DNA from: Alphaproteobacteria bacterium
GTDB lineage: Bacteria; Pseudomonadota; Alphaproteobacteria; Rs-D84
NCBI GenBank assembly: GCA_009782315.1
Contig: WRJH01000001.1
Location: forward strand, 1 to 62,539
Reading direction: 5' to 3'
Length of the DNA: 62,539 nucleotides
A program made the position numbers and the translations under genes. The notes under the pieces are model-generated. The model was given only the letters and a program-made list of their open reading frames with translations, ran no database searches and was not told the DNA's origin. Below are positions 15,899-26,440 of the stretch, one piece after another (positions within the stretch are counted from its first letter, which is position 1; every line of letters starts with the position of its first letter).

Positions 15899-16570
15899 AT
15901 GAAAGTTGCAAAAAGAATAAAAGCCTGGGAAACATTGGATACCGATAAAGTATATGCGCTGGCCGACGCCATCGAAACGTTGCGCGGATTCGCGTCGAAA
16001 AAATTCGACGAAACGTTGGAAATCGCCGTGCGTTTGGGCGTCGACGTCACAAAGGCCGACCAGAACATCCGCCTGATGCTGTCTTTGCCGAACGGCACCG
16101 GTAAATCTGCGCGCGTTGCGGTTATCACGGCCGACAAAGCCGACGAAGCCAAAAAAGCCGGCGCGGATGTTATCGGCGGCGAAGAATTGATTGAAAAAAT
16201 CGCCGGCGGATTTTTGGAATTCGACCGCGTTATCGCGTCGCCCGACATGATGCCGAAAATGGCAAAAGTCGCGCGTGTCCTGGGGCCTAAGGGAATCATG
16301 CCGAATCCGAAACTGGGCACCGTTACGAACAATATCGCGGACGCGGTGAAAATCGCCAAAGCGGGCCAGGTAGAATTACGTGCCGAAAAGAAAGGCATCG
16401 TCCATGCGGGCGCGGGCAAATTGTCTTTTGCGACCGCGAAACTGGTGGAAAATTGCGAAGCCGTCATCGACGCTTTGAAAAAAGCCAAACCGGCAAGCGC
16501 AAAGGGTCAATACATGCTGGGCATTTCCGTGTCGACGACACAGGGCCCGGGATTGAAAATAGGGATATAG
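15899..16570 (+). CDS. rplA: 50S ribosomal protein L1
   Basis: 223 aa with typical L1 motifs (FDETLEIAVRLGVD, LGPKGIMPNPKLGTVT). Follows rplK. Confidence 0.92.
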   Translation: MKVAKRIKAWETLDTDKVYALADAIETLRGFASKKFDETLEIAVRLGVDVTKADQNIRLMLSLPNGTGKSARVAVITADKADEAKKAGADVIGGEELIEKIAGGFLEFDRVIASPDMMPKMAKVARVLGPKGIMPNPKLGTVTNNIADAVKIAKAGQVELRAEKKGIVHAGAGKLSFATAKLVENCEAVIDALKKAKPASAKGQYMLGISVSTTQGPGLKIGI

Positions 16571-16645
16571 GTAATAGGTAATAGGTAATAGGTATAAGGT
16601 AAAATCGAACAAACCTTATACTTCATACCTTTTACCTTATACCTG
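16569..16645. repeat. inverted heptamer array (AGGTAWW family) immediately after the rplA stop
   Basis: AGGTAATAGGTAATAGGTAATAGGTATAAGGTAAAA ... ACCTTATACTTCATACCTTTTACCTTATACCT (imperfect pairing). Confidence 0.8.
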
Positions 16646-16649
16646 AGCG

Positions 16650-16816
16650 CAACGCGCGCAAAGGAATTCTTGTCCAAGACTGATGGCGTTGCGCCGGCGC
16701 GAAGCAAAGGCGAACTTAATTTCCATCATAGACAAAAGAGATAATCTCTTTTGGGACACAGAAGAGAGCCCCAGCAGAAATGTTGGAAAATTAATAGAAC
16801 AAAAAAGGTAGAGCTG
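16650..16816 (+). promoter_or_regulatory. rplJ 5' leader region (possible L10 autoregulatory leader)
   Basis: Position only: an untranslated spacer of about 165 nt ahead of rplJ, where an L10(L12)4-binding leader occurs in many bacteria. I could not verify the structure by eye. Confidence 0.25.
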
Positions 16817-17293
16817 ATGAAAAAAACTGAAAAATCAGAATTGGTTTCATCGCTGCATAATCTTTTGAAAGACGCCGGCGGCGTGTTTGTTGTCGAAAAT
16901 CACGGACTGACCGTAAGGCAGACCGAAGAGCTTCGCAAGCAATTGAAACCCGTCGCGAAAGTGTTCAAGGTCATCAAAAACCGTCTGTTCAAACTGGCTG
17001 TCAAAGACACCGGTTTTTCGGACGTCGAAGACATGATGAAACGTCCGACGGCGGTCGCGATTGCGAACGACCCGCTGGCCGTTACAAAAGTCTTGGCGAA
17101 ATTCGCCGAAGAAAACCCAAAGCTGTCCATCATCGGCGGCAAGATGGGTGCGGACCTGTTGGACGTCAATGGAATTGTGCAATTATCCAAACTGCCGTCA
17201 ATGTTGGAAATCCGCGGTACAATCGCGCGCATTCTGGTCGAACCAGGTTCGCGTCTGGCCCGTGTTTCCGCGGAATATGGCAAAAAAAATTAA
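16817..17293 (+). CDS. rplJ: 50S ribosomal protein L10
   Basis: Start at MKKTEKSELV. L10-like sequence between rplA and rplL. Confidence 0.88.
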   Translation: MKKTEKSELVSSLHNLLKDAGGVFVVENHGLTVRQTEELRKQLKPVAKVFKVIKNRLFKLAVKDTGFSDVEDMMKRPTAVAIANDPLAVTKVLAKFAEENPKLSIIGGKMGADLLDVNGIVQLSKLPSMLEIRGTIARILVEPGSRLARVSAEYGKKN

Positions 17294-17305
17294 TAGGAGC
17301 AAAAA

Positions 17306-17671
17306 ATGGCTGATATTAAAAAACTGGTAGACGAACTTTCGAAACTGTCCGTTTTGGAAGCGGTTGAACTTTCCAAAGCATTGGAAGAAACATGGGGCGT
17401 TTCCGCCGCCGCCGCCGTGGCTGTAGCTGCGGGACCGGCCGCCGCCGCATCGGAAGAAAAGACCGAATTCGACGTCATCCTGAGTGATGCCGGCGCGAAC
17501 AAGCTGGGCGTTATCAAAGTCGTGAAAGACGCGACCGGTCTGGGTCTGGGCGAAGCGAAAGCGTTCGTCGAATCCGCGCCGAAAGCTGTGAAAGAAGGCG
17601 TGTCCAAAGAAGAGGCAGAAACCTTGAAAAAGAAATTGGAAGAAGCAGGCGCGAAGGTTGAAGTGAAGTAA
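17306..17671 (+). CDS. rplL: 50S ribosomal protein L7/L12
   Basis: 121 aa. Ala-rich hinge [16 protein letters not shown]-terminal domain [24 protein letters not shown]. Confidence 0.93.
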   Translation: MADIKKLVDELSKLSVLEAVELSKALEETWGVSAAAAVAVAAGPAAAASEEKTEFDVILSDAGANKLGVIKVVKDATGLGLGEAKAFVESAPKAVKEGVSKEEAETLKKKLEEAGAKVEVK

Positions 17672-17673
17672 AT

Positions 17674-17738
17674 AGTCGAAAGTCGAAAGTCGAAAGAAAT
17701 TAAATCTTGTCGACTTTCGACTGGCGACTTTTAGACTA
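17674..17738. repeat. inverted heptamer array (AGTCGAA x3) after rplL
   Basis: AGTCGAAAGTCGAAAGTCGAAAG - 12 nt - GTCGACTTTCGACTGGCGACTTTTAGACT. Confidence 0.85.
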
Positions 17739-17977
17739 ACCTCAACCTACCGGCCCGCTTAATTGAAAAAAACGAATAAAAAATATAACCGATTGTAACA
17801 CCCGCCCGCCAGACGGGGTTTTGTCGTGTTATGACGTTTTGATTATTGGCTTGTTAAAGAGGCAACAGTCAAAATAAAAGATAAAAATGGTTTTTGCAGA
17901 TAACGGTGGTCGCAAAGATTGTTTATAAAAAGTTTGTGAAAAACACCGACGGATAATTTGGAATACGGAGAACGAAC

Positions 17978-20900
17978 ATGGCAATCATTCAGAAACTTCG
18001 CAAATCTTTTGGCAAAAGCTTTTTGCAGACGCCGCTGCCCGACCTGGTCGAAATACAATACGATTCGTACCGCGATTTCCTGCAGGCGGACGTGGAGCCA
18101 AGTCTGCGCAAAAACATGGGACTTCAGAACGTGTTCAAGTCCATGTTCCCAATCAAAGATTACGCCGGCGTCGCCGATTTGGAATTCGTGGAATACACTC
18201 TGGACAACCCCCAGTATAACGTAAAGGAATGCGTGCTGCGCAACATGACGTACGGCGCGCGCCTGAAACTGAAACTGCGCCTGGTTCTGTGGGACGTCGC
18301 GCAGGATTCCGGCAAGAAAACTTTGCGCGATATAAAGGAACAGGAAATATTCATGGGCGACATTCCGCTGATGACCGAACGCGGAACTTTCATAGCGTCC
18401 GGCGTCGAACGCGTCGTGGTTTCCCAAATGCACCGCGCCCAGGGCGTCGTGTTCGGCCATACGAAAGAATCCAAAATCGCCGGAAACCCAACGACCCACA
18501 CCGCGCGCATTATTCCGGAACGCGGCAGCTGGATTGATTTCGAAGAATCAAAGGGAATCATATTCGTCCGCATCGACCGCCGCCGCAAAATCCCGGCCAC
18601 AACGTTCCTGCGCTGTCTGCCGTCCGCCGCCGACGAAAAGAAATGGGTCGCCGACATGCGGCGCGCCAACGTCGCGGGTATGACCGACGCCGAAATCCTG
18701 GGCGCTTTCTATAAAAAAATCCCGTTCGCTTTCGACGGAAAAGTCTGGATTGGCGAAATCGCGTCCTATAAAGATTTGGGAACATATCGTTTGAATTACG
18801 ACATGCTGGACCCGAAGACGAAAAAAGTCATGCTGGCCAAAGGCGACCGTTTAACCGCGAAAAAAATCGAAAAGATTTCCGCGCAGTCCAAAACTTTCGG
18901 AATCATTCCGGAACAGATGGTTGCGGAATATCTGTTCGACCCAATCATGCAGGGCGAAGAAATATTGTTCCCGGCCGGCACCGAAATCACCGAAGAAGTT
19001 CTGGCCGATTTCGAAAAACTGGGCGTCAAAAATATTTCGATTATTTCCATCGACAACATGGCGTACGGCGCGCATATCCGCAATACCCTGGTGTCCGACA
19101 AGACTGCGACCCGCGACGAAGCTTTAATCGAAGTGTACAACGTCATCCGCCCGGGCGAACGCCCGACCGTAGAGGCGGCCGCGAACCTGTTCATGCACCA
19201 GGGGTTCGATTCAACTTATTACGACCTGTCCGCGGTCGGCCGTTTCAAGATGAACAAACGTCTTAAAATGGAATCCGGAAAACGCCCCGAAGACGAACGC
19301 GTTCTGACAAAGCAGGACGTCGTCGAAACATTAAAGACATTGGTCAATATAATCGACCACAAAGACAGCGTCGACGATATAGACAATCTGTCGAACCGCC
19401 GCGTGCGCGTTGTGGGCGAATTGCTGGAACAACAGTTCCGCATCGGTCTTTTGCGCATCGAACGCCTTGTCCGTGAAAATCTGTCCAGTCCGAACATCGT
19501 CAACATGAAGCCCCAGGACACAATCAACGCGAAACCGATGATGGCGCTGATTTCCGAATTCTTTGGAACATCGCCGCTGTCCCAGTTTATGGACGCGTGG
19601 AATCCGTTGGCCGAACTGGAACACAAGCGCCTGATTTCCGCATTGGGTCCGGGCGGATTAAACCGCGACCGCGCCGGAATCGATGTTCGCGACGTTCATC
19701 CGACGCATTACGGACGCCTGTGCCCGGTGCATACTCCGGAAGGTCCGAATATTGGTTTGATTAACCACTTGTCGTCCTATGCGCGCGTCAATCCGTACGG
19801 ATTTATCGAAACGCCGTATTATACCGTGAAAAACAGCAAGATTACCGACAGCATGGTATATCTGACCGCGGACGAAGAAATCGGGCACAAAATCGCCCAG
19901 GGAAATACCCCGACCACCGCGGCCGGAACGCTTGCCGAAGAAATGGTGACCGCGCGCGTAGACGGCGAATTCACGATGATACCGCGCGAAGAGGTTACGC
20001 TGATTGACGTCGCGCCGCGCCAGATTGTGTCCATCGCGACCGCCATGATACCGTTCGTCGAAAACGACGACGCGAACCGCGCGCTGATGGGTTCCAATAT
20101 GCAGCGCCAGGGCGTGCCTTTGCTTAAATCCGACGCGCCGCTGGTCGGCACCGGAATCGAACGCGAAGTCGCGCGCGACAGCCGCAGCGTTAAAATCGCA
20201 AAACACAGCGGCATCGTCGAATCCGTCGACGCAAACCGCATAGTTTTGAAACGCGTGAATTCCCGCAATGTCGTGTCCGGCGTCGACGTGTACGATTTGG
20301 AAAAATTCGGACGTTCGAATTCGGAAACTCTGATTCACCAAAAACCGCTGGTCAAAGTCGGCGACCGCGTCGCGGCCGGCGACATAATCGCCGACGGCGC
20401 GTCCACCAGTTACGGCGAAATGGCGCTGGGTAAAAACGTCATGGTGGCGTTCGCCCCGTGGCGCGGATACAATTACGAAGATTCCATCGTCATATCCGAA
20501 CGCATTTCCCGCGACGACGTTTTCACAAGCATTAAAATCGTCGAAAAGGAATTCAAGGCGCGCGACACCCAGCTGGGCCAGGAATCGTTCACGCGCGACA
20601 TTCCGAACGTCGGCGAAGAGGCTTTGAAAAACCTGGACGAATCCGGAATCATTTATATCGGCGCGCATGTGAAACAGGGCGACATCCTGGTCGGCCGCGT
20701 AAGCCCGAAATCCGAAACTTTGCTGACGCCGGAAGAATCCCTTTTGCGCAACATATTCGGCGAAAAGGCTTTGTCCGTCAAAGACACGTCGCTTCGCGTC
20801 GGGCCGAACGAAGAGGGAATCGTTATCGGCGTGAACGTCCTGACCCGCCACGGCGTCAAGAAAGACGAACGCACGCAATTAATCGAACTGCAAAAAATCG

Positions 20901-22117
20901 AAGCCATCAATAAAAACCGCGAAGAAAAGACCGCAATCATGGAACGCGGATTCGCGGACCAGGTGTTCCAACTGGCCGCGGGACAAATCATATCCAGCGG
21001 CACGGGCAGCGCGAAACCGTTCATCGGGAAAAAACTTTCCGAAGAAATCGCCGAAGCAATCCGGCCCGCGGACGTGAAAAAGATGACCTTCAAAAGCGCG
21101 GATACCCAGGAAAAGTTCGAAGAACTGCGCGACGCGCATGTATTCGTCATCAAAGAACTGGCCGACAAAGCGGAACATGAAACCGCGAAAGTCCGCGAAA
21201 GCAATTCTTTGAACGCCGGCGTTTTGAAAGAAGTCAAAGTATACATCGCCCACAAGATGAAACTGCAGCCGGGCGACAAGATGGCCGGCCGCCATGGAAA
21301 CAAAGGCATCGTGTCCAGGGTTGTTCCAATCGAAGACATGCCGCACACCGAAGACGGAACGCCCGTCGATATCGTGTTGAACCCGCTGGGTGTGCCAAGC
21401 CGTATGAACGTCGGCCAGATTCTGGAAGTCCACATGGGCGCCGCCGCGCGCGGATTGGGTCTGCAAATCGGCGAAGTTCTGGACGAAATCAAGAACAAGC
21501 GCGCCGTCACCGACGATTTGCGGGGTATCATGGGCAAGATATACGGCAAGGACGTTGCGGGGGCTCTTGAAAAAATGACCGACACCGACGTCCGCGCGGC
21601 CGCGAACCTGGTGCGCGACGGCGTTCCGATGGCGACGCCCACATTCGACGGGGCCATGCCGGACGACATCAAAAAAATGCTGAAACTGGCAAAGCTGCCC
21701 GAAACGGGCCAAGTGACTTTGATTGACGGAATGACGGGCGAGCAGTTCGCGCGTCCCGTTACGGTCGGAATCATGCACATGATGAAGCTGCACCATTTCG
21801 TGGATGAAAAAATCCACGCGCGCAGCATCGGCAATTACGCGCTGGTCACCCAGCAGCCGCTGTCCGGAAAGGCGCACAACGGCGGACAGCGTTTCGGCGA
21901 AATGGAAGTCTGGGCGCTGGAAGCGCACGGCGCGGCGCATCTTTTGAAAGAAATGCTGACCGTCAAGTCCGACGACATCATCGGCCGCAACAAAATGTAC
22001 GAAGCCGTGATTTACGGTTCCACCGACATACAGACCGGAACGCCCGAAGCGTTCAACGTCTTTATGCGCGAACTGCGCGGTCTTGGCCTGGCCATGACGC
22101 CAAAGAAAATAGATTAA
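17978..22117 (+). CDS. rpoB: DNA-directed RNA polymerase subunit beta
   Basis: 1379 aa. Conserved blocks include GPGGL, NRALMGSNMQRQ and GRHGNKG. Confidence 0.97.
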   Translation: MAIIQKLRKSFGKSFLQTPLPDLVEIQYDSYRDFLQADVEPSLRKNMGLQNVFKSMFPIKDYAGVADLEFVEYTLDNPQYNVKECVLRNMTYGARLKLKLRLVLWDVAQDSGKKTLRDIKEQEIFMGDIPLMTERGTFIASGVERVVVSQMHRAQGVVFGHTKESKIAGNPTTHTARIIPERGSWIDFEESKGIIFVRIDRRRKIPATTFLRCLPSAADEKKWVADMRRANVAGMTDAEILGAFYKKIPFAFDGKVWIGEIASYKDLGTYRLNYDMLDPKTKKVMLAKGDRLTAKKIEKISAQSKTFGIIPEQMVAEYLFDPIMQGEEILFPAGTEITEEVLADFEKLGVKNISIISIDNMAYGAHIRNTLVSDKTATRDEALIEVYNVIRPGERPTVEAAANLFMHQGFDSTYYDLSAVGRFKMNKRLKMESGKRPEDERVLTKQDVVETLKTLVNIIDHKDSVDDIDNLSNRRVRVVGELLEQQFRIGLLRIERLVRENLSSPNIVNMKPQDTINAKPMMALISEFFGTSPLSQFMDAWNPLAELEHKRLISALGPGGLNRDRAGIDVRDVHPTHYGRLCPVHTPEGPNIGLINHLSSYARVNPYGFIETPYYTVKNSKITDSMVYLTADEEIGHKIAQGNTPTTAAGTLAEEMVTARVDGEFTMIPREEVTLIDVAPRQIVSIATAMIPFVENDDANRALMGSNMQRQGVPLLKSDAPLVGTGIEREVARDSRSVKIAKHSGIVESVDANRIVLKRVNSRNVVSGVDVYDLEKFGRSNSETLIHQKPLVKVGDRVAAGDIIADGASTSYGEMALGKNVMVAFAPWRGYNYEDSIVISERISRDDVFTSIKIVEKEFKARDTQLGQESFTRDIPNVGEEALKNLDESGIIYIGAHVKQGDILVGRVSPKSETLLTPEESLLRNIFGEKALSVKDTSLRVGPNEEGIVIGVNVLTRHGVKKDERTQLIELQKIEAINKNREEKTAIMERGFADQVFQLAAGQIISSGTGSAKPFIGKKLSEEIAEAIRPADVKKMTFKSADTQEKFEELRDAHVFVIKELADKAEHETAKVRESNSLNAGVLKEVKVYIAHKMKLQPGDKMAGRHGNKGIVSRVVPIEDMPHTEDGTPVDIVLNPLGVPSRMNVGQILEVHMGAAARGLGLQIGEVLDEIKNKRAVTDDLRGIMGKIYGKDVAGALEKMTDTDVRAAANLVRDGVPMATPTFDGAMPDDIKKMLKLAKLPETGQVTLIDGMTGEQFARPVTVGIMHMMKLHHFVDEKIHARSIGNYALVTQQPLSGKAHNGGQRFGEMEVWALEAHGAAHLLKEMLTVKSDDIIGRNKMYEAVIYGSTDIQTGTPEAFNVFMRELRGLGLAMTPKKID

Positions 22118-22127
22118 GGAGCGAAAC

Positions 22128-25100
22128 ATGAATATGCTGCAAAAGATTTTTGGACAAATCGAAACCAGGGAACAATTCGACGCGCTGCAAATCAAAATAG
22201 CGTCCCCGGAAGAAATCATGTCCTGGTCGCACGGCGAAGTCAAAAAGCCGGAGACAATCAATTACCATTCCATGAAACCGGAATCGGACGGATTGTTCTG
22301 CCAGGTTATATTCGGACCGTCGAAAGACTATGAATGCGCGTGCGGAAAATACAAACGCATTAAATTCCGCGGCGTCGTCTGTGAACGGTGCAGCGTCGAA
22401 GTCGGCGCGTCCGCCGTCCGCCGCGAACGCATGGGCCACATCAAACTTGCGACCCCTGTGTCGCACACATGGTTCCTGCGCGAAGGAAAGATTGCGACCC
22501 TGCTGAACAACATGCCCCAGAAAAAATTGGAACAGGTTGTTTATTACGACGCGTACATCGTCACGGAACCGGGTTTGACCAACCTTAAACTGTTTGATGT
22601 CATCAGCGAAGACGAATACCAGGCCGCGCTGGAAGAATACGGCGAAGACGCGTTCCGCGTCGGAATCGGCGCCGAAGGCGTGCGCGAAGTCATAGCCATA
22701 ATGGACATGGGCGACGAACGCACGCGCTTGCGCGCCGAACTTGCCGAAACCAAATCCGAAACAAAGCGCAAGGGAATCGTCAAACATCTGAAACTGGTCG
22801 AATCATTCATGGATTCTAAAACCGAACCGGCGTGGATGCTGCCCGACGTATTGCCGGTAATCCCGCCGGATATGCGTCCCCTGGTCACACTGGACGCGGG
22901 TCACGTCGCGGCTTCGGATTTGAACGATTTGTACCGCCGCGTCATAATCCGCAACAACCGTCTGAAAAAACTTATCGACCTGCATGCGCCGGAAATCATC
23001 ATCCGCAATGAAAAAAGAATGCTGCAGGAAGCGGTCGACGCGCTGTTCGACAACGGGCACAAAGCGCGCCCGCTGGTTTCGCAAAACCGTCACCCGCTGA
23101 AATCGCTGTCCGATTCTTTGATTGGAAAAACGGGGCGCTTCCGCCAGAACCTTTTGGGCAAGCGCGTGGACTATTCCGGCCGTTCCGTCATCGTGTCCGG
23201 GCCGACGCTGAAACTGCACCAGGTCGGGTTACCGAAAATGATGGCGCTGGAGCTGTTCAAACCGTTCGTGTTCGCGCGGCTGATGGCCGGCGATTACGCC
23301 AACACTTTGAAGACCGCGCGCAAAATGGTTGATGCGGGAGAAGAAATCGTATGGGACATTCTGGGCGAAGTGGTGCACCAGCACCCGGTGCTGCTTAACC
23401 GCGCGCCGACTTTGCACCGTCTGTCCGTTCTGGCGTTCGAACCCGTGCTGGTCGAAGGCAAGGCGATCCGCCTGCACCCGCTGGTGTGTTCCGGATTCAA
23501 CGCCGACTTTGACGGCGACCAGATGTCCGTGCACGTGCCGATTTCATTGGAAGCGCAACTGGAAGCGCGCACCCTGATGCTGTCGTCCAACAACGTTCTG
23601 TCGCCCGCGTCGGGCAAGCCGGTAATCGTGCCGTCCCAGGACATGGTGTTGGGCGTGTATTACCTGTCGCTGGTCGAAGGCGAGCACAGCGACGCGTCGC
23701 CGCGTTTCGCAAACATGGACGAAATCAAGTTGGCGCTGCATAACAAAGCCATCAAACTGCACACTCCGATAATCGCGCGCTATACTGGCGCCGACGGCAC
23801 AGTTACCGTCCAGACCACCGCGGGCCGAATGATGCTGGGCGAACTTTTGCCGAAAAAACCGGGCGTGTCGTTCGACCTGGTGAACAAGCCGATGAACAAA
23901 GACCAGATCGGACAGCTGATGGAAGCGGTGTACGAACAGTGCGGCGACAAGGATATGATTGTTCTGGCCGACAGTTTGAAAAACATCGGATTCGAACAGG
24001 CCGCGCGTTCCGGTATCTCTATCGGATTCGACGACATGGTCATTCCGGAAGAAAAGCAGCAGATGATTGCGGACGCCGGAAAACACGCCGAAGAAATCGA
24101 AAACCAATATCAGAACGGCCTTATCTCTCATGGCGAACGCTATAACAAACTTATCGACATGTGGCAGCGCGTCACGAACAAGCTGGGCGATTTGGCGTTT
24201 TCAAACATGCGCAAACTGAACGGCATATACTGGAATTCCATCATCATGATGGCCGATTCCGGCGCGCGCGGTTCGAAAACCCAGATACAACAGCTGGCCG
24301 GAATGCGCGGCGTTATGCAAAAGCCGTCCGGCGACCTGATCGAAGTTCCGATTATATCGAATTTCAAAGAAGGTCTGTCCATGGCGGAATATTTCACATC
24401 GACGCACGGCGCGCGCAAGGGTCTTGCCGACACCGCGCTGAAAACAGCCGAAGCGGGATATCTGACCCGCCGTTTGGTATCGCTGGCGCACAACACCGTC
24501 ATAACCGAACATGACTGCGGAACGTCCGAATTCGTCACCGCCACGCCGATTTACAACGGGTCCGTTCTGTCCGTGTCGCTGGGCAATGTGATATTGGGCC
24601 GCACCGCGGCGCGCGATATCGTGCACCCGATATCGGGCAAGGTAATCGTCCCTGCGAATGAAATCGTGACAAAGGCGCTGTCGAAAGAAATCGACACGGT
24701 CGGCGTGCCGTCCGCGGATATCCGCAGCGTCCTTACGTGCCAGTCCGACGGCCTGTGCGCGAAATGTTACGGCATGGATTTGTCGCGGTCCGCATTGGTC
24801 CACGTCGGCGAAGCCGTCGGCGTCATAGCGGGACAGGCGATCGGCGAACCTGGAACACAGCTTACCTTACGCACTTTCCACATCGGCGGAATTGCGGCGG
24901 GCGGCGCCGCGGCGGCCCACTTTATCGAAACGCCGGTTGCCGGAACAGTTCGTCTGGACGGCGCGCATACGATTGAAAACAGCGCGGGCAGAACGGTCGT
25001 TTTATCGCGCAACGCGAAAATAGTCGTCGTTGATAAAAAGGGCAAGGAACAGTCCAGCCAAAGACTGCCCTATGCATCCATGCTGTTGGTCAAAGACGGC

Positions 25101-26255
25101 GCGGAAGTCGCCGCCGGTGCCAAACTGGCCGAATGGGACCCGTATTCCAACACAATCATTGCGGAAAAATCCGGACAGGTGCGCTTCCGCGACCTGATTG
25201 AAAACGTTTCGTATTCCGAAGATATGGACACCACGACCGGAATCGCCACGCGTAAAGTCACCAATTGGAAATCCGCGACAAAGAAAGCTTTGTCACCCGC
25301 CATCATGCTGGTCAATGAAAACGGCGAAGTTATTTCGATGGGCGGAAAAAAGATTGCGGAATATCTGCTGCCTATGTACGCGGTTCTGGCCGTCGCCGAC
25401 GGGCAATCCGTCAATGCCGGCGACGTTCTGGTGCGCATACCGGTCGAAACCAAAAAGACGTCCGACATTACGGGCGGCCTGCCCCGCGTCAACGACCTTT
25501 TGGAAGTGCGGCGCAGCGCGACCCCCGCGATATTGGCTGAAGTCGACGGCGAAATCGAAATCGTCGACGAAGGCAAGGCGAAAATCCTTGTGCGCATATT
25601 GCCCGAAGACGGCACCGCGCCCGTCGAATATGTGATTGCAAAGGGCGTCAACCTGATGGTGCGCGCGGGCGATCATGTAAAGAAAGCCGACCTGATTGTC
25701 GACGGCGACCCGGTGCCGCAGGACATCCTGCGCATACTGGGACAGAAAGCGCTGGCACAGTTTATGGTGGAACAAATCCAACAGGTTTACCGCTTGCAGG
25801 GCGTGACCATCAATAACAAGCACGTCGAAATCCTGATACGCGAAATGACGAGAAGAGTCGAAGTCGTGAATCCGGGCGACACCGCTTTCTTGACCGGCAA
25901 CGTTGTCGACCGCGTCGTGTTCGAAGAAGAAAACGACCGCGTCGTGAAAGACGGCGGCCGGCCGGCCGAAGCGTCGCGGATATTGGTGGGTCTGACCCGC
26001 GCGTCCCTGACATCGCGTTCCTTTATATCCAACGCGTCGTTCCAACAGACCACGAAAGTCCTGGTGGATGCCGCCATCGGCGGACAGACCGACAAACTGA
26101 TCGGAATCAACGAAAACCTGATGGTGGGTCGTTTGATACCCGTCGGCACCGGCGCGTACGTCAGACGCGTGCGCGAAATCGCGAAAGAGGAAGAGCAGGC
26201 CGAACGCATCGCGGCAGAGAATGCGGGCGGCGAACAGCAGATGCTGGCGATATAG
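22128..26255 (+). CDS. rpoC: DNA-directed RNA polymerase subunit beta'
   Basis: 1375 aa. Zn-finger CACGKYK...CERC, catalytic NADFDGDQM, follows rpoB. Confidence 0.97.
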   Translation: MNMLQKIFGQIETREQFDALQIKIASPEEIMSWSHGEVKKPETINYHSMKPESDGLFCQVIFGPSKDYECACGKYKRIKFRGVVCERCSVEVGASAVRRERMGHIKLATPVSHTWFLREGKIATLLNNMPQKKLEQVVYYDAYIVTEPGLTNLKLFDVISEDEYQAALEEYGEDAFRVGIGAEGVREVIAIMDMGDERTRLRAELAETKSETKRKGIVKHLKLVESFMDSKTEPAWMLPDVLPVIPPDMRPLVTLDAGHVAASDLNDLYRRVIIRNNRLKKLIDLHAPEIIIRNEKRMLQEAVDALFDNGHKARPLVSQNRHPLKSLSDSLIGKTGRFRQNLLGKRVDYSGRSVIVSGPTLKLHQVGLPKMMALELFKPFVFARLMAGDYANTLKTARKMVDAGEEIVWDILGEVVHQHPVLLNRAPTLHRLSVLAFEPVLVEGKAIRLHPLVCSGFNADFDGDQMSVHVPISLEAQLEARTLMLSSNNVLSPASGKPVIVPSQDMVLGVYYLSLVEGEHSDASPRFANMDEIKLALHNKAIKLHTPIIARYTGADGTVTVQTTAGRMMLGELLPKKPGVSFDLVNKPMNKDQIGQLMEAVYEQCGDKDMIVLADSLKNIGFEQAARSGISIGFDDMVIPEEKQQMIADAGKHAEEIENQYQNGLISHGERYNKLIDMWQRVTNKLGDLAFSNMRKLNGIYWNSIIMMADSGARGSKTQIQQLAGMRGVMQKPSGDLIEVPIISNFKEGLSMAEYFTSTHGARKGLADTALKTAEAGYLTRRLVSLAHNTVITEHDCGTSEFVTATPIYNGSVLSVSLGNVILGRTAARDIVHPISGKVIVPANEIVTKALSKEIDTVGVPSADIRSVLTCQSDGLCAKCYGMDLSRSALVHVGEAVGVIAGQAIGEPGTQLTLRTFHIGGIAAGGAAAAHFIETPVAGTVRLDGAHTIENSAGRTVVLSRNAKIVVVDKKGKEQSSQRLPYASMLLVKDGAEVAAGAKLAEWDPYSNTIIAEKSGQVRFRDLIENVSYSEDMDTTTGIATRKVTNWKSATKKALSPAIMLVNENGEVISMGGKKIAEYLLPMYAVLAVADGQSVNAGDVLVRIPVETKKTSDITGGLPRVNDLLEVRRSATPAILAEVDGEIEIVDEGKAKILVRILPEDGTAPVEYVIAKGVNLMVRAGDHVKKADLIVDGDPVPQDILRILGQKALAQFMVEQIQQVYRLQGVTINNKHVEILIREMTRRVEVVNPGDTAFLTGNVVDRVVFEEENDRVVKDGGRPAEASRILVGLTRASLTSRSFISNASFQQTTKVLVDAAIGGQTDKLIGINENLMVGRLIPVGTGAYVRRVREIAKEEEQAERIAAENAGGEQQMLAI

Positions 26256-26270
26256 AATCGCCGAAATATC

Positions 26271-26433
26271 GTCATTGCGAGGAAGAAAAATCACGGCCGG
26301 TAACGGCCGTGTTTTTTTGACGAAGCAATCCAGTCCTATAAAGAGCGCCCGCAAAGCGGGCGCATTCTATTTACTGGATTGCCGCGTCGCGTTTGCAGAC
26401 GCTGCGCGTCAGACAAACGCTCCTCGCAATGAC
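26271..26433. repeat. R2 palindromic element, copy 1 (GTCATTGCGAGG...CCTCGCAATGAC)
   Basis: Shares its outer stem, the GAAGCAATCCAG/CTGGATTGC stem, the GCGTCGCGTTTGCAGAC...GTCAGACAAACGC segment and an internal hairpin with 49548-49704. Here the rpoC terminator is nested inside it. Confidence 0.8.
26292..26318 (+). terminator. intrinsic terminator after rpoC
   Basis: CACGGCCG-GTAA-CGGCCGTG followed by T7. Confidence 0.75.
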
Positions 26434-26440
26434 GATTTTT

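Noticed and set aside
14729-16488. Long minus-strand ORFs (14729-15379, 15436-16488) opposite nusG, rplK and rplA.
   Set aside because: Antisense to highly conserved genes. The N-terminal residues are just translated heptamer arrays (MPYALCL).
17843-26354. Many long antisense or off-frame ORFs overlapping rpoB and rpoC (for example 19658-20878, 20879-22261, 20653-21834, 25293-26354).
   Set aside because: They lie entirely within the strongly supported rpoB/rpoC reading frames. Their products are low-complexity (Arg/Gly/Phe/Asp-rich) with no recognisable motifs. They are shadow ORFs.
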